From Bacteriovoracaceae bacterium (GTDB lineage Bacteria; Bdellovibrionota; Bacteriovoracia; Bacteriovoracales; Bacteriovoracaceae), in NCBI GenBank assembly GCA_041586955.1, contig JBFGZE010000072.1, positions 1 to 18,069 on the forward strand: a stretch of 18,069 nt of DNA. Reading direction: 5' to 3'. The notes beneath the pieces are model-generated. The model had not been told where the DNA came from. It searched no databases and worked only from the letters and a program-made list of their open reading frames with translations. The translations under genes were made by a program, and so were the position numbers. Below are positions 1 through 8,135 of this stretch, one piece after another (position 1 is the stretch's first letter; every line of letters starts with the position of its first letter).

Positions 1-280
1 GTTTTTTTAAAGTGAATCAATAAATTTCAGTATGTTAAGACCACTTGTGGACGAGTGATTATAAAGCTTTATTCTTGAGAATGACCATTATTATGGCCAC
101 CTGACTTGACTATTGTTTGCGAGATTATTTGTTCTGAATATATAGTAATAGAAAGAGCTTCTTGAGATTAATTGATCCTTATATCGGGTAAAGCTTTGAA
201 CTGCTTTCTTTCATTTCTGACCGGGCCATGATCAAACAAATCGATCTCGGTGATTAGTCGCAAACTCCCCCTTTTTTGTC

Positions 281-312
281 AAAAAAAAGGCCCTACATAT
301 TTGCAAGGCCTT
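281..312 (-). terminator. Rho-independent terminator after the 62-aa peptide gene
   Basis: Minus strand reads AAGGCCTTGCA-AATA-TGTAGGGCCTT (11-bp stem with two G-U pairs that work only on this strand), running into a T tract. It lies 30 nt after the stop at 343. Confidence 0.85.
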
Positions 313-342
313 CTTATAAGTAAGCAAAAATGATTATACTTT

Positions 343-531
343 TTATTTCTCTATACTTTCTGTCTTTTCTTCTTGAGTAATACCTGCACTGTCATTAATC
401 ACATCTTCTTGGTTTCGTGAACTTTGAATTTGTCCCTTGCAGTCTGGTTTTTGATGCTGACCAACTTCCTCTGCTGCAAAAATTAAATTCGAGGTTAAAG
501 TAACTAACATAATAATAAATAATTTTTTCAT
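343..531 (-). CDS. Small secreted acidic low-complexity peptide (62 aa), probable paralogue of the neighbouring Hit/Bd0108-like peptide
   Basis: Sec signal MKKLFIIMLVTLTSNLIFA, SD-like GGGAGAG upstream, own promoter and terminator. Shares TSNxI(F)A, VGxxQ, DC and QxxR with 677..910. Confidence 0.8.
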   Translation of the reverse strand: MKKLFIIMLVTLTSNLIFAAEEVGQHQKPDCKGQIQSSRNQEDVINDSAGITQEEKTESIEK

Positions 532-572
532 AAATAGCTCTCCCGTATTAATATACTATCTGCTATTTAATC

Positions 573-589
573 TGCATTTACCGTGCCAG
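573..589 (-). promoter_or_regulatory. sigma54 (RpoN) -24/-12 promoter for the 62-aa peptide gene
   Basis: Minus strand CTGGCACGGTAAATGCA against consensus YTGGCACGnnnnTTGCW. GG-N10-GC spacing is correct, with one mismatch. It is ~40 nt upstream of the ATG, and an IHF-like AATCAATAGTTTC lies at 605-617. Confidence 0.75.
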
Positions 590-617
590 TTTTAACCTAC
601 GTAAAATCAATAGTTTC

Positions 618-649
618 AAAAAAAAGGGTGGCCAATAAATTGCCACCCT
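618..649 (-). terminator. Rho-independent terminator ending the YD-repeat/77-aa transcript
   Basis: Inverted repeat AGGGTGGC (625-632) / GCCACCCT (642-649). The A-run at 618-625 gives a U tract on the minus strand. Confidence 0.9.
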
Positions 650-676
650 GTCAAAATTATAAACATATTATGTATT

Positions 677-910
677 TTATTTTCCTTGCCCCTTAGTCCC
701 AGGAATTTCTTCTACCTTTTCCTCTTCACTTACCTTGCCATCGCCGCGGTTGCCCTGTTTAAAGCAATCACATTCATTAGGATCAGCACAGTTTTGCTTT
801 TCTCCAACGGCCGAAGTGGATACTGGCCGGGGTTTTTCCTTTTCTTCTGCAATTATATTTGAGGTCGACAGCATTAACATTAAACATGTAAACATTGATA
901 TGATTTTCAT
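677..910 (-). CDS. Small secreted, probably disordered protein (77 aa); candidate Hit/Bd0108 counterpart
   Basis: Signal peptide MKIISMFTCLMLMLSTSNIIA and SD AAAGGTGG. Starts 20 nt after the YD-repeat gene, the position of bd0108 after bd0109. Mature part is charged and Gly/Pro-rich with 3 Cys. Confidence 0.8.
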   Translation of the reverse strand: MKIISMFTCLMLMLSTSNIIAEEKEKPRPVSTSAVGEKQNCADPNECDCFKQGNRGDGKVSEEEKVEEIPGTKGQGK

Positions 911-930
911 TAGATACCACCTTTATTAAA

Positions 931-2556
931 CTAAATGCTTAAATTTACCCCTGCAGGCTTAACAATTGTTAAAAGAGACTGAAAGGCCTGAGTGACCTGC
1001 AAGGCCATCTTATGGCCAGCTTTCGAGTCAACCTTATTGATATCCCCATAATTATCATAAGAAACAAAAATTTTGCCGACTTTACTCATCGCAATTTCAA
1101 TGGGCTTTCCAAGAGCATTGTATTTAAACGTTAGCACACGTTTCTTTTTAGTTTTCTTATTATAATCAATCATTTTAGTGATTCGTCCTTTTCTGTCATA
1201 AACGAGCAACACTGACTTACCTCGATGATTAACCGCTTTAGATAAATTTCCCTTTTTATCATAATCAAAATTTGTCCAACCTTTTTTATTCACAACTCTT
1301 GTGATCTTATTAAACTTTTTATGATAAGAAAGTTGGATAAATTCCCCACGAGTTGACGTCTTCTTTGTTAAAAGGCCTTTGGAATTATATTCAAAAGTTG
1401 TCACTTGCTTGCCACGAGTGATTTTTAAAGGAAGCGAACAACACTCAGAATAAATTGTTTCTGTCTTCACCTTATCGACAATCGTTAAAATTCGATAGGT
1501 ATATTGAGAACCATCTGGCCTTGTTTTTATTTCATACTCATAACGGTTTTTAGAAACTTCGCCACCACTTTTCTCTTTGGATACATCCGTCCAATAATGA
1601 AAATCAGGATTTTTAGGATCTGATCCGTACTCATATTTTACAGAGAGGCCGTTGCGCCCAATCACTTCACTAACAAATTGAGTCTTTTGAGTATACTTAA
1701 TCTTCATGGAAGATTTATCAGTATAATTAATAGATGTCATATTATGGTTATAATCGTAATCATACTTATAGACATTACCCGCAATATCTTTTGATTCTAC
1801 TAAGTTCTCGTTCTTATATTTATAAAACGTTTTTTTATCTCCTGCAGACCAAGTGCTTTTAATTTTCCCATCACTATACCATTCAAAAAATATTTGTTTC
1901 GCCTGGGAGTCTTTAATCGACTTGAGCATACCTGACTTATAAGTGAATTTGATTTCGTAGGCGTTTTTATCACGTATTGATAAAAGTCGCCCTTCTGCTG
2001 AAAAGGTTTCCTTTTTACCATCATTATACATTCTTAAAAAACCATTTTTCAGCTTTTTAATTTGTTGTAAACCTCTTTGATTTGAATATAGCATGGTGCC
2101 CGTTGCTAATTTTGCACGGACCTTAAATTTTCTAGCATAAGCATGTCTAAGTTCAGCATTATTGGTTAATTTATTGATAAGATTTTTAGCGACAGAAGAA
2201 GAGAGACTCGACTTCTTTCTCATTTTTTCAACAATCATTTCTGCTGCTTTCTTAGCATTAACAGCGGTACGTGGTGTAAATCGAGTTAAGGCGCCTGACC
2301 CATTTTCATGTACAGTGACTGAACCATCGGCCCCAACAGTCAAATAAGTTTCAAATTCTGATCCCCAGCCAAAGCCAAACCAGCCCTTGTCAGTCGCTTT
2401 AGAATTATAAGTCCTAGAAACCTTGAGATCCATTCCACCACCAGGCACAATGAGGTCGGTATAGGCGATATAAAAATTTCCATTTTTTAAATTAACACTG
2501 CCAAAGGATGTAGTGACAAACATCATTAACGACAATATAAAAAACAATTTACTCAT
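931..2556 (-). CDS. Secreted YD/RHS-repeat protein without a C-terminal toxin (Bd0109-like), 541 aa
   Basis: Signal peptide, then an Rhs N-terminal DUF6531-type motif (VNLKNGNF..DL..PG...L...RTYNS.....GWFGFGW) and repeated YD-type units (YDYNHNM, YNSKGLL, YDKKGNL, YDRKGRI, YNALGKP, YDNYGDI). No PxxxxDPxG core. ATG 2556 is preferred over TTG 2565 because of AAAGGA 9 nt upstream. Confidence 0.9.
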   Translation of the reverse strand: MSKLFFILSLMMFVTTSFGSVNLKNGNFYIAYTDLIVPGGGMDLKVSRTYNSKATDKGWFGFGWGSEFETYLTVGADGSVTVHENGSGALTRFTPRTAVNAKKAAEMIVEKMRKKSSLSSSVAKNLINKLTNNAELRHAYARKFKVRAKLATGTMLYSNQRGLQQIKKLKNGFLRMYNDGKKETFSAEGRLLSIRDKNAYEIKFTYKSGMLKSIKDSQAKQIFFEWYSDGKIKSTWSAGDKKTFYKYKNENLVESKDIAGNVYKYDYDYNHNMTSINYTDKSSMKIKYTQKTQFVSEVIGRNGLSVKYEYGSDPKNPDFHYWTDVSKEKSGGEVSKNRYEYEIKTRPDGSQYTYRILTIVDKVKTETIYSECCSLPLKITRGKQVTTFEYNSKGLLTKKTSTRGEFIQLSYHKKFNKITRVVNKKGWTNFDYDKKGNLSKAVNHRGKSVLLVYDRKGRITKMIDYNKKTKKKRVLTFKYNALGKPIEIAMSKVGKIFVSYDNYGDINKVDSKAGHKMALQVTQAFQSLLTIVKPAGVNLSI

Positions 2557-2602
2557 TTCTGACAATCCTTTTTAAAGAAACTCACACTATACTCCAATAT
2601 AC

Positions 2603-2629
2603 ATATCGGAATCAGAAAATCAGACTTTA
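2603..2629 (-). promoter_or_regulatory. FliA (sigma28)-type promoter for the YD-repeat/77-aa unit
   Basis: Minus strand TAAA-gtctgattttctgat(15)-TCCGATAT against consensus TAAA-N15-GCCGATAA. The -35 box overlaps the tadB stop codon. Confidence 0.75.
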
Positions 2630-3520
2630 AACTTTTATCGCCACAATTTTTAAAATGATGAAAAGACCCACGAAGTCCAATCCAATGATAAGAAGAAAAA
2701 CCAATATCCCTAAAGGGTTATTAAAGAAACTGATCATAACTTCAGGCTTATCAGAAGCGTATAAAAGACCTAATAACAAGGGCATAGAGGCGACAAGGAA
2801 ACCTTGGAAACGGCCATTCGCTGTAAAAGTATCAATTTTTTGCTGTAATCGAATCCGCTCGCGAATAATATCAATAATCGTATCAAATGTTTCTGATAGG
2901 TTACCGCCAGTTTCTCGTAAAATATTGACACTCGAAACAAACATATCATTATCTTCAGTAGGAATACGTTTCGCCAAATTGTCAAAGCAGTCCTCAAGAG
3001 TAACACCAATACGGTTTTGTTGCAGTAATAAGGTATACTCCTGACTTATAGGGTTTGGCAGTTCATCGGCGACCATACCAAGCGCCTGCGGAACCGAAAG
3101 ACCAGCTCTTATACCATTGGCCAATAATGTTAGAGCATCTACCATTTGCCCTGAGTATTGTTTAATTCTTCTCTCAACCAAAAAATCAACAAAAGGCCTT
3201 GGAATATAAAATCCGAAAAATCCGGCAGCAATAGATAAGAAAAAACCCCAACCCCATAGCCCCATGAGACCAAATAAGATAAGAACAATAAAAAAGTTAC
3301 CTATAGATAATAATAATAGGTAAAAGGTAAGTTTATCGGGATTAAACTCAATAAATAAAAAATCAAGTTTTTCAATTATATAATTACGAGTCCCAATCGT
3401 TCTATTTTCGACCCATTGGAATATTTCCTTTGAATACCGTAAAGAAAAAAGAAAGGTTAAAAGTCCCACGACTCCTATAATTCCACCTTCTCCCAAGACT
3501 TTTAATATTAAAAAATCCAT
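2627..3520 (-). CDS. tadB: Tad pilus inner-membrane platform protein TadB (T2SS F family)
   Basis: Multiple TM segments and motifs DALTLLANGIRAGLSVPQAL and ILRETGGNLSETFDTI..IIRER. Directly follows tadA. Confidence 0.93.
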   Translation of the reverse strand: MDFLILKVLGEGGIIGVVGLLTFLFSLRYSKEIFQWVENRTIGTRNYIIEKLDFLFIEFNPDKLTFYLLLLSIGNFFIVLILFGLMGLWGWGFFLSIAAGFFGFYIPRPFVDFLVERRIKQYSGQMVDALTLLANGIRAGLSVPQALGMVADELPNPISQEYTLLLQQNRIGVTLEDCFDNLAKRIPTEDNDMFVSSVNILRETGGNLSETFDTIIDIIRERIRLQQKIDTFTANGRFQGFLVASMPLLLGLLYASDKPEVMISFFNNPLGILVFLLIIGLDFVGLFIILKIVAIKV

Positions 3521-3523
3521 ACG

Positions 3524-5707
3524 CTACGCTTTCTTCTTTGTCAGAGGTTTTAATTTTTGTTTTTCATTTTGGTTTAGCGGTATAGGTTCCTTTTTCTTGG
3601 TCGGCGCTACCGTATTACTAAATAAACCGCGAGGGACGTTAAATCCCTTTCGTTCTAAAGCTTCAATGAACTTAGGAATAAACCCGGTCGCCTGAAAATC
3701 CCCTACAATTTTTCCTCGTTTGTCGATATCCTTTTGCTGAAACAAGAAGATATCTTGCAAAGTTACCACCTCACCCTGCATGCCTCCGAGTTCTGTAATA
3801 TGAGTAATTTTACGTGAACCATCATCTAATCGGGACTGCTGAACAATAAGATGAACAGAACTGGCAATCATCTCGCGAATTGACTTAGGACTAAGTCCCG
3901 CGCCTGCATATTGAACTAATGTTTCTAGTCTCCCAATGCACTCTCTCGGGTTATTCGCGTGGATGGTCGTCATGGAGCCATCATGCCCTGTTCCCATCGC
4001 CTGTAGCATATCGAGGGCCTCTCCCCCACGACACTCTCCAACAACAATTCGGTCTGGACGCATCCTTAATGTTTGCTTAACGAGACAGCGGATATCAATC
4101 TCGCCATCACCTTCCAAATTAGGAGGCCTTGTTTCGAGCCGAACAACGTGCTCTTGCGGAAAATTAAGTTCCGCTGAATCTTCGCAGGTAATAACTCGCT
4201 CATTGGCCTGAATGAAGGCGCCAAGGATATTAATTAAAGTTGTCTTACCCGATCCCGTACCTCCACTAACAATAATATTACGATGCCCTTCAACTGCTAT
4301 TCGTAAAAAGTCGGCCATATTTTGGGTAATAGAACCAAATTCAATCAAATTCTTATAAGTGAGACGCTCTTCTGGAAATTTACGGATCGTAATGGTACAC
4401 CCATCTAGGGAACTCGGAGGAATAATTGCATGAACCCTAGAACCATCATGTAAGCGAGCATCAACATATGGTGTTTTTTCATCAATCCTTCGTCCAATAG
4501 GGGCCACAATTCTCTCAATCACATTGAGAACTTGGCGATCATTAGTAAATGTAATGGTAGAACGCCTTACCTTTCCACCTTTTTCAAAAAATATTTTATC
4601 AGGTCCAACCACCATAATTTCAGAGCATTCTTTATCGGCCAATAAGTCCTCTAAAGGCCCTAGGCCGAGGGCCTCATCCAAAATTTCTTTTACGAATTGA
4701 TTAATTTCGTCGCGATTATTGATGATCCCCTTAGTATCTTCTTTGTTAAGTATTTCCACTACTATTTTCTTAGTTTGCTCACGTAAAATAAGTTTGGCCC
4801 GTGGATCATCATCATCAGTATTTTTGAGATCCATCTCCTCTACCAAGGACCGGTGAATCCGGGCCTTTAAGCTCGTCCAGGAACCACTTTTGATCGCGGC
4901 ATCCCCTACTGGCAAAGCTTTTTTCTGGCCCAAATCTTTTGGTTTGTTTAATTTAGAGAGTGTCTTTAAAACATTTTTTTGGTCTATTTTACGAACAAAT
5001 TCAATCATTCCCTTAGCGAAAGCAGAACTTTTGGCCGCCACCATGACTGGTAGCTTACGATTTAAAGCGACAACGCAAGCTTGGTCGTCCCGAGGTATCA
5101 CGCCGATAACAGGTGCACCGATCGTTTTTGAAGCAACCTCCGATGTCACAGGATGACCCTTAACTGATTGATTCATCATCAATAGAATCATATTTTTGGG
5201 AAACATCATGGTTATGAGTTCAGAATACAGTCTTTTGGTCTGGTTAATCGCCAAGATATCAGGGGTTACAACAAGAAAAATGGCAGTAGAATACTCCAAT
5301 GCCTTGAGGGTTAAGGTACCTAAATGACTACCTCCATCTATAATGATGTAAGGAAAAATGTTTGTCGCCGCCTTTAAAAATTTCCCTAACCCCTCGGGAT
5401 TAATTCCTGCCGCCGCATTAGGGTCTGACGGCATGCCGATAAAAGATACGCCCTGTTGGTTTGTTGTAATAAATTGCTGAATTGAGCGGGGGTCAATGGA
5501 ACCATTAAACTCACTCAATTCTTTTAATGTTTTTTTAGATTTTAACCCGGTAATTAAGCTTTGGTCTCCACAAGCGACTTGATCGAAATCTAAAAGTAAT
5601 GTTTTAGCTCTTTTTTGAGAGGCGTATGTGAAGGCCAAATTAGCAGCAACCTGAGATTTACCGACCCCGCCTTTTCCACCGATTATAGTAATGATAAATC
5701 CGGCCAT
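3524..5707 (-). CDS. tadA: Fusion of a MinD/ParA-type (TadZ/CpaE-like) domain and the Tad ATPase TadA/CpaF
   Basis: N-terminal deviant Walker A GKGGVGKS plus DFD. C-terminal CpaF motifs GLGPLEDLL, PYVDARL, Walker A GGTGSGKTT, Walker B LRMRPDRIVVGE and His box GHDGSMTTIH. Confidence 0.95.
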   Translation of the reverse strand: MAGFIITIIGGKGGVGKSQVAANLAFTYASQKRAKTLLLDFDQVACGDQSLITGLKSKKTLKELSEFNGSIDPRSIQQFITTNQQGVSFIGMPSDPNAAAGINPEGLGKFLKAATNIFPYIIIDGGSHLGTLTLKALEYSTAIFLVVTPDILAINQTKRLYSELITMMFPKNMILLMMNQSVKGHPVTSEVASKTIGAPVIGVIPRDDQACVVALNRKLPVMVAAKSSAFAKGMIEFVRKIDQKNVLKTLSKLNKPKDLGQKKALPVGDAAIKSGSWTSLKARIHRSLVEEMDLKNTDDDDPRAKLILREQTKKIVVEILNKEDTKGIINNRDEINQFVKEILDEALGLGPLEDLLADKECSEIMVVGPDKIFFEKGGKVRRSTITFTNDRQVLNVIERIVAPIGRRIDEKTPYVDARLHDGSRVHAIIPPSSLDGCTITIRKFPEERLTYKNLIEFGSITQNMADFLRIAVEGHRNIIVSGGTGSGKTTLINILGAFIQANERVITCEDSAELNFPQEHVVRLETRPPNLEGDGEIDIRCLVKQTLRMRPDRIVVGECRGGEALDMLQAMGTGHDGSMTTIHANNPRECIGRLETLVQYAGAGLSPKSIREMIASSVHLIVQQSRLDDGSRKITHITELGGMQGEVVTLQDIFLFQQKDIDKRGKIVGDFQATGFIPKFIEALERKGFNVPRGLFSNTVAPTKKKEPIPLNQNEKQKLKPLTKKKA

Positions 5708-5708
5708 C

Positions 5709-7205
5709 TTAACGCCTCCTCAATCGAAATTTTTTCTTAATTTTTTCTGTTCCCTCAGAGGCAGACTCAATGATTTCAGGAGTTAAGAAAACGACAAATT
5801 GGCTTTTTGTATTAGTATATGATTTCGAGCGAACAAATGAGAATAAGGGACTTGCTCCTTCAAATTCATCTTTATCACCAGGAGCATTTCGGTCAAAGTC
5901 TGTCGATGTTTTATTAATGACAATACCGCCTATTGCTGCCGACTCACGTGATTTAACAACAACCTTAGTTTTGATTGTATTGCTTAATGTTTCTGGAGGA
6001 TCACCAATTGTTGCTGAAACAGTCATCCCTAAATCTAGACTTATTTTTTCATTTTGTAAGATCACAGGCTTTACATTTAAATCAAATCCCGCTTCAGCTC
6101 GCTCCGCTTTAGTAAACTCGCCCGTTCCCACAGCAAAAGGCTTCGATTCCTTTTTATTAATATTCGCCAAAGTTTTATTTTCAACAATAATGACACCTGA
6201 TTGAATCACTCTAGCGTAACCTGCCGCTTTCGCAGAAGATAGCTTCGGTAAAAGATTAGAAATTCGGCCTGATAAGGCATCACTTGACTTTGTCGCCGTA
6301 TCACCTGCTGCCGTTTTCCCTATCCGTATCGATCCCTGACCATCTGATAATAATGGCTGCCATTTAAAACCAAAAATCTTATTATAATCTTTAGTCAATT
6401 CGACAAATTGTGCTGCAACTTTGATCAACTTGGGAATCGGCTGCGGAGAACTTTTTTCATTCACTTTAATTAAAGACTCTAAAATAGGCTTATTAACTTT
6501 TTGCACACTATCTGTTCGACGGGCAAGGCTTTCAATACGATCAGGGATATACAGACTGGCCAATTTAAATGCCTCGTCCTTTTGCGCTTTTGAAGAGACA
6601 ACCCCCTCTAAAACGAATATTTTATTAATTATTCTAACGGTAACATCTCTCATTTGACTTTTTTGGATTTCAGACTGCATTTTTCTGGCAATCACTTGCT
6701 GAGTCATTGGCGACAATTCCACAAGTCTAAGAACATCTGGGTACTTATCTAAAATGATAACCACTTTACCAATATCTTCGGGAACGATAATTTGACCACC
6801 GACAAAAACCTTATTACCCTTAATTCCTATTTTAATTCCCTCTATTCCTCCCAAATACTCTCTAAGTTCCTGCACAATTTTGGACAAATCATTCGCGGTT
6901 ATTGTTACAAAATAACGAGCTTTAATATCTCCTATATTATTACGCAAAATGACTGAAGTCCTTCCCGGCTTCACACCTTTAAATGTAATTTCTTTTTTTA
7001 CGGGAATTAATTCGTAGGTTAAAACGGATTCATTTCCTATTTGGACTTTTGCAGAGGGATTGAAGTCTAGGCGAATCACTTTATCAATTCCTACGACAAC
7101 TTCTATTTGTGTTTCGCTAGGATTATTTTCATTTTCTTCCTGGGAAAACGCCATCTCCGAAAAAGTACATAAAAATAGGCCCAAACAAATAATCAGTTTT
7201 TTCAT
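5709..7205 (-). CDS. cpaC: Tad pilus outer-membrane secretin RcpA/CpaC with BON-like N-domains
   Basis: Signal peptide, CpaC-type N-terminus (VQIGNESVL..ITFKGVKPGRTSVIL), BON-like VLEGVVSS, and secretin C-terminal motifs (PLFSFVRSKSY....SQFVVFLTPEII). Lies between cpaB and tadA. Confidence 0.9.
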   Translation of the reverse strand: MKKLIICLGLFLCTFSEMAFSQEENENNPSETQIEVVVGIDKVIRLDFNPSAKVQIGNESVLTYELIPVKKEITFKGVKPGRTSVILRNNIGDIKARYFVTITANDLSKIVQELREYLGGIEGIKIGIKGNKVFVGGQIIVPEDIGKVVIILDKYPDVLRLVELSPMTQQVIARKMQSEIQKSQMRDVTVRIINKIFVLEGVVSSKAQKDEAFKLASLYIPDRIESLARRTDSVQKVNKPILESLIKVNEKSSPQPIPKLIKVAAQFVELTKDYNKIFGFKWQPLLSDGQGSIRIGKTAAGDTATKSSDALSGRISNLLPKLSSAKAAGYARVIQSGVIIVENKTLANINKKESKPFAVGTGEFTKAERAEAGFDLNVKPVILQNEKISLDLGMTVSATIGDPPETLSNTIKTKVVVKSRESAAIGGIVINKTSTDFDRNAPGDKDEFEGASPLFSFVRSKSYTNTKSQFVVFLTPEIIESASEGTEKIKKKFRLRRR

Positions 7206-8020
7206 TATCGCCTTTTATATTTATCTAAAAAATAGGACTTCGCCTTATTTCTTTCTTCCGATGGCAAAACATCAAATAAATCGGTCGATTTTATCCTCAC
7301 CAATTTTTTATCATTATTATTTCTCAGTGAGAGATATGGCTCAAAGCCACTATAAGTAATTAGATAAACCAAGGTTTGAACCTGATAAGGATCTAGCTCT
7401 AACGTCACGGTATTATATTTAGTGTATATATTGGCATTCATAACTTTTATTTTTTTGGTATCTGGATCTGTAACACCGTTAATAGGAATGGCATTAGACA
7501 TACTCATCCCCGCAGAAAGGACAAGAACATCCTGTAAAATTGTACGTGCGGATTGCATATCCTTCCTTCCACTTGAAAAATCCAATGCACTTATGACATC
7601 CACACGATCTCCTGGTTTAATAAGCCTCGAAGCCGCTTGTCTTTCTGTAATTCTAATTGCGATCGCACGCTTCCCGACACTAACCTGACGAGACAAACCT
7701 GTTTTAGCATCAGGATAGGTGACTCGAGGTTTGGTAATTTGCTCACCCTTTAAAATAGGGACCGTCGCAATCGTATTCTCTAAGTCCTTTACAGAGTTAA
7801 AGCTTCCAGGCAACGCAAACTTTCGCGGAACGTTTTTAATGACAATTTTTCTATCATCAATCAATTCCAATTCTTTAATATCTTTTTTGGCAAAAATAAC
7901 AGGAACAGGACTGCCATAATTTTTAACAATCTCGCTTCGCTTGTCTTCGATAAAGGTATAAACCATAAACATAGCAATGATAGATATCACCAACGCCAAG
8001 GTAAATGCTCTGGTATTCAT
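7205..8020 (-). CDS. cpaB: Flp pilus assembly protein CpaB/RcpC
   Basis: N-terminal TM, SAF domain (VIFAKKDI..PILKGEQIT) and RcpC motifs GKRAIAI, LIKPGDRVDVI, ILQDVLVL, TVTLEL. ATG 8020 has GGAG 6 nt upstream, so it is preferred over TTG 8053. Confidence 0.93.
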   Translation of the reverse strand: MNTRAFTLALVISIIAMFMVYTFIEDKRSEIVKNYGSPVPVIFAKKDIKELELIDDRKIVIKNVPRKFALPGSFNSVKDLENTIATVPILKGEQITKPRVTYPDAKTGLSRQVSVGKRAIAIRITERQAASRLIKPGDRVDVISALDFSSGRKDMQSARTILQDVLVLSAGMSMSNAIPINGVTDPDTKKIKVMNANIYTKYNTVTLELDPYQVQTLVYLITYSGFEPYLSLRNNNDKKLVRIKSTDLFDVLPSEERNKAKSYFLDKYKRR

Positions 8021-8043
8021 ATTTTTCTCCAGGTAACTTCTTA

Positions 8044-8052
8044 ATTTTACCA
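8044..8052 (-). promoter_or_regulatory. Possible extended -10 sigma70 promoter for cpaB-cpaC-tadA-tadB
   Basis: Minus strand TGGTAAAAT (TGn-TAAAAT) 24 nt upstream of the cpaB ATG, in the 115-nt gap. AT-rich context limits confidence. Confidence 0.35.
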
Positions 8053-8135
8053 AAGAAATGAATAAATTTCCGCCTAGGCATTATATACTCAACTAGTTTA
8101 GTTTTATGGTTTGTTTAGAGCTTTAAAAGATCAAT

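Noticed and set aside
735..929. 64-aa plus-strand ORF
   Set aside because: Antisense shadow of the 77-aa gene, with a TTG start and no SD.
343..2556. Rhs toxin with downstream immunity genes
   Set aside because: There is no Rhs core PxxxxDPxG cleavage motif and no variable C-terminal toxin. The protein ends in a short helix and the context matches bd0109/bd0108.
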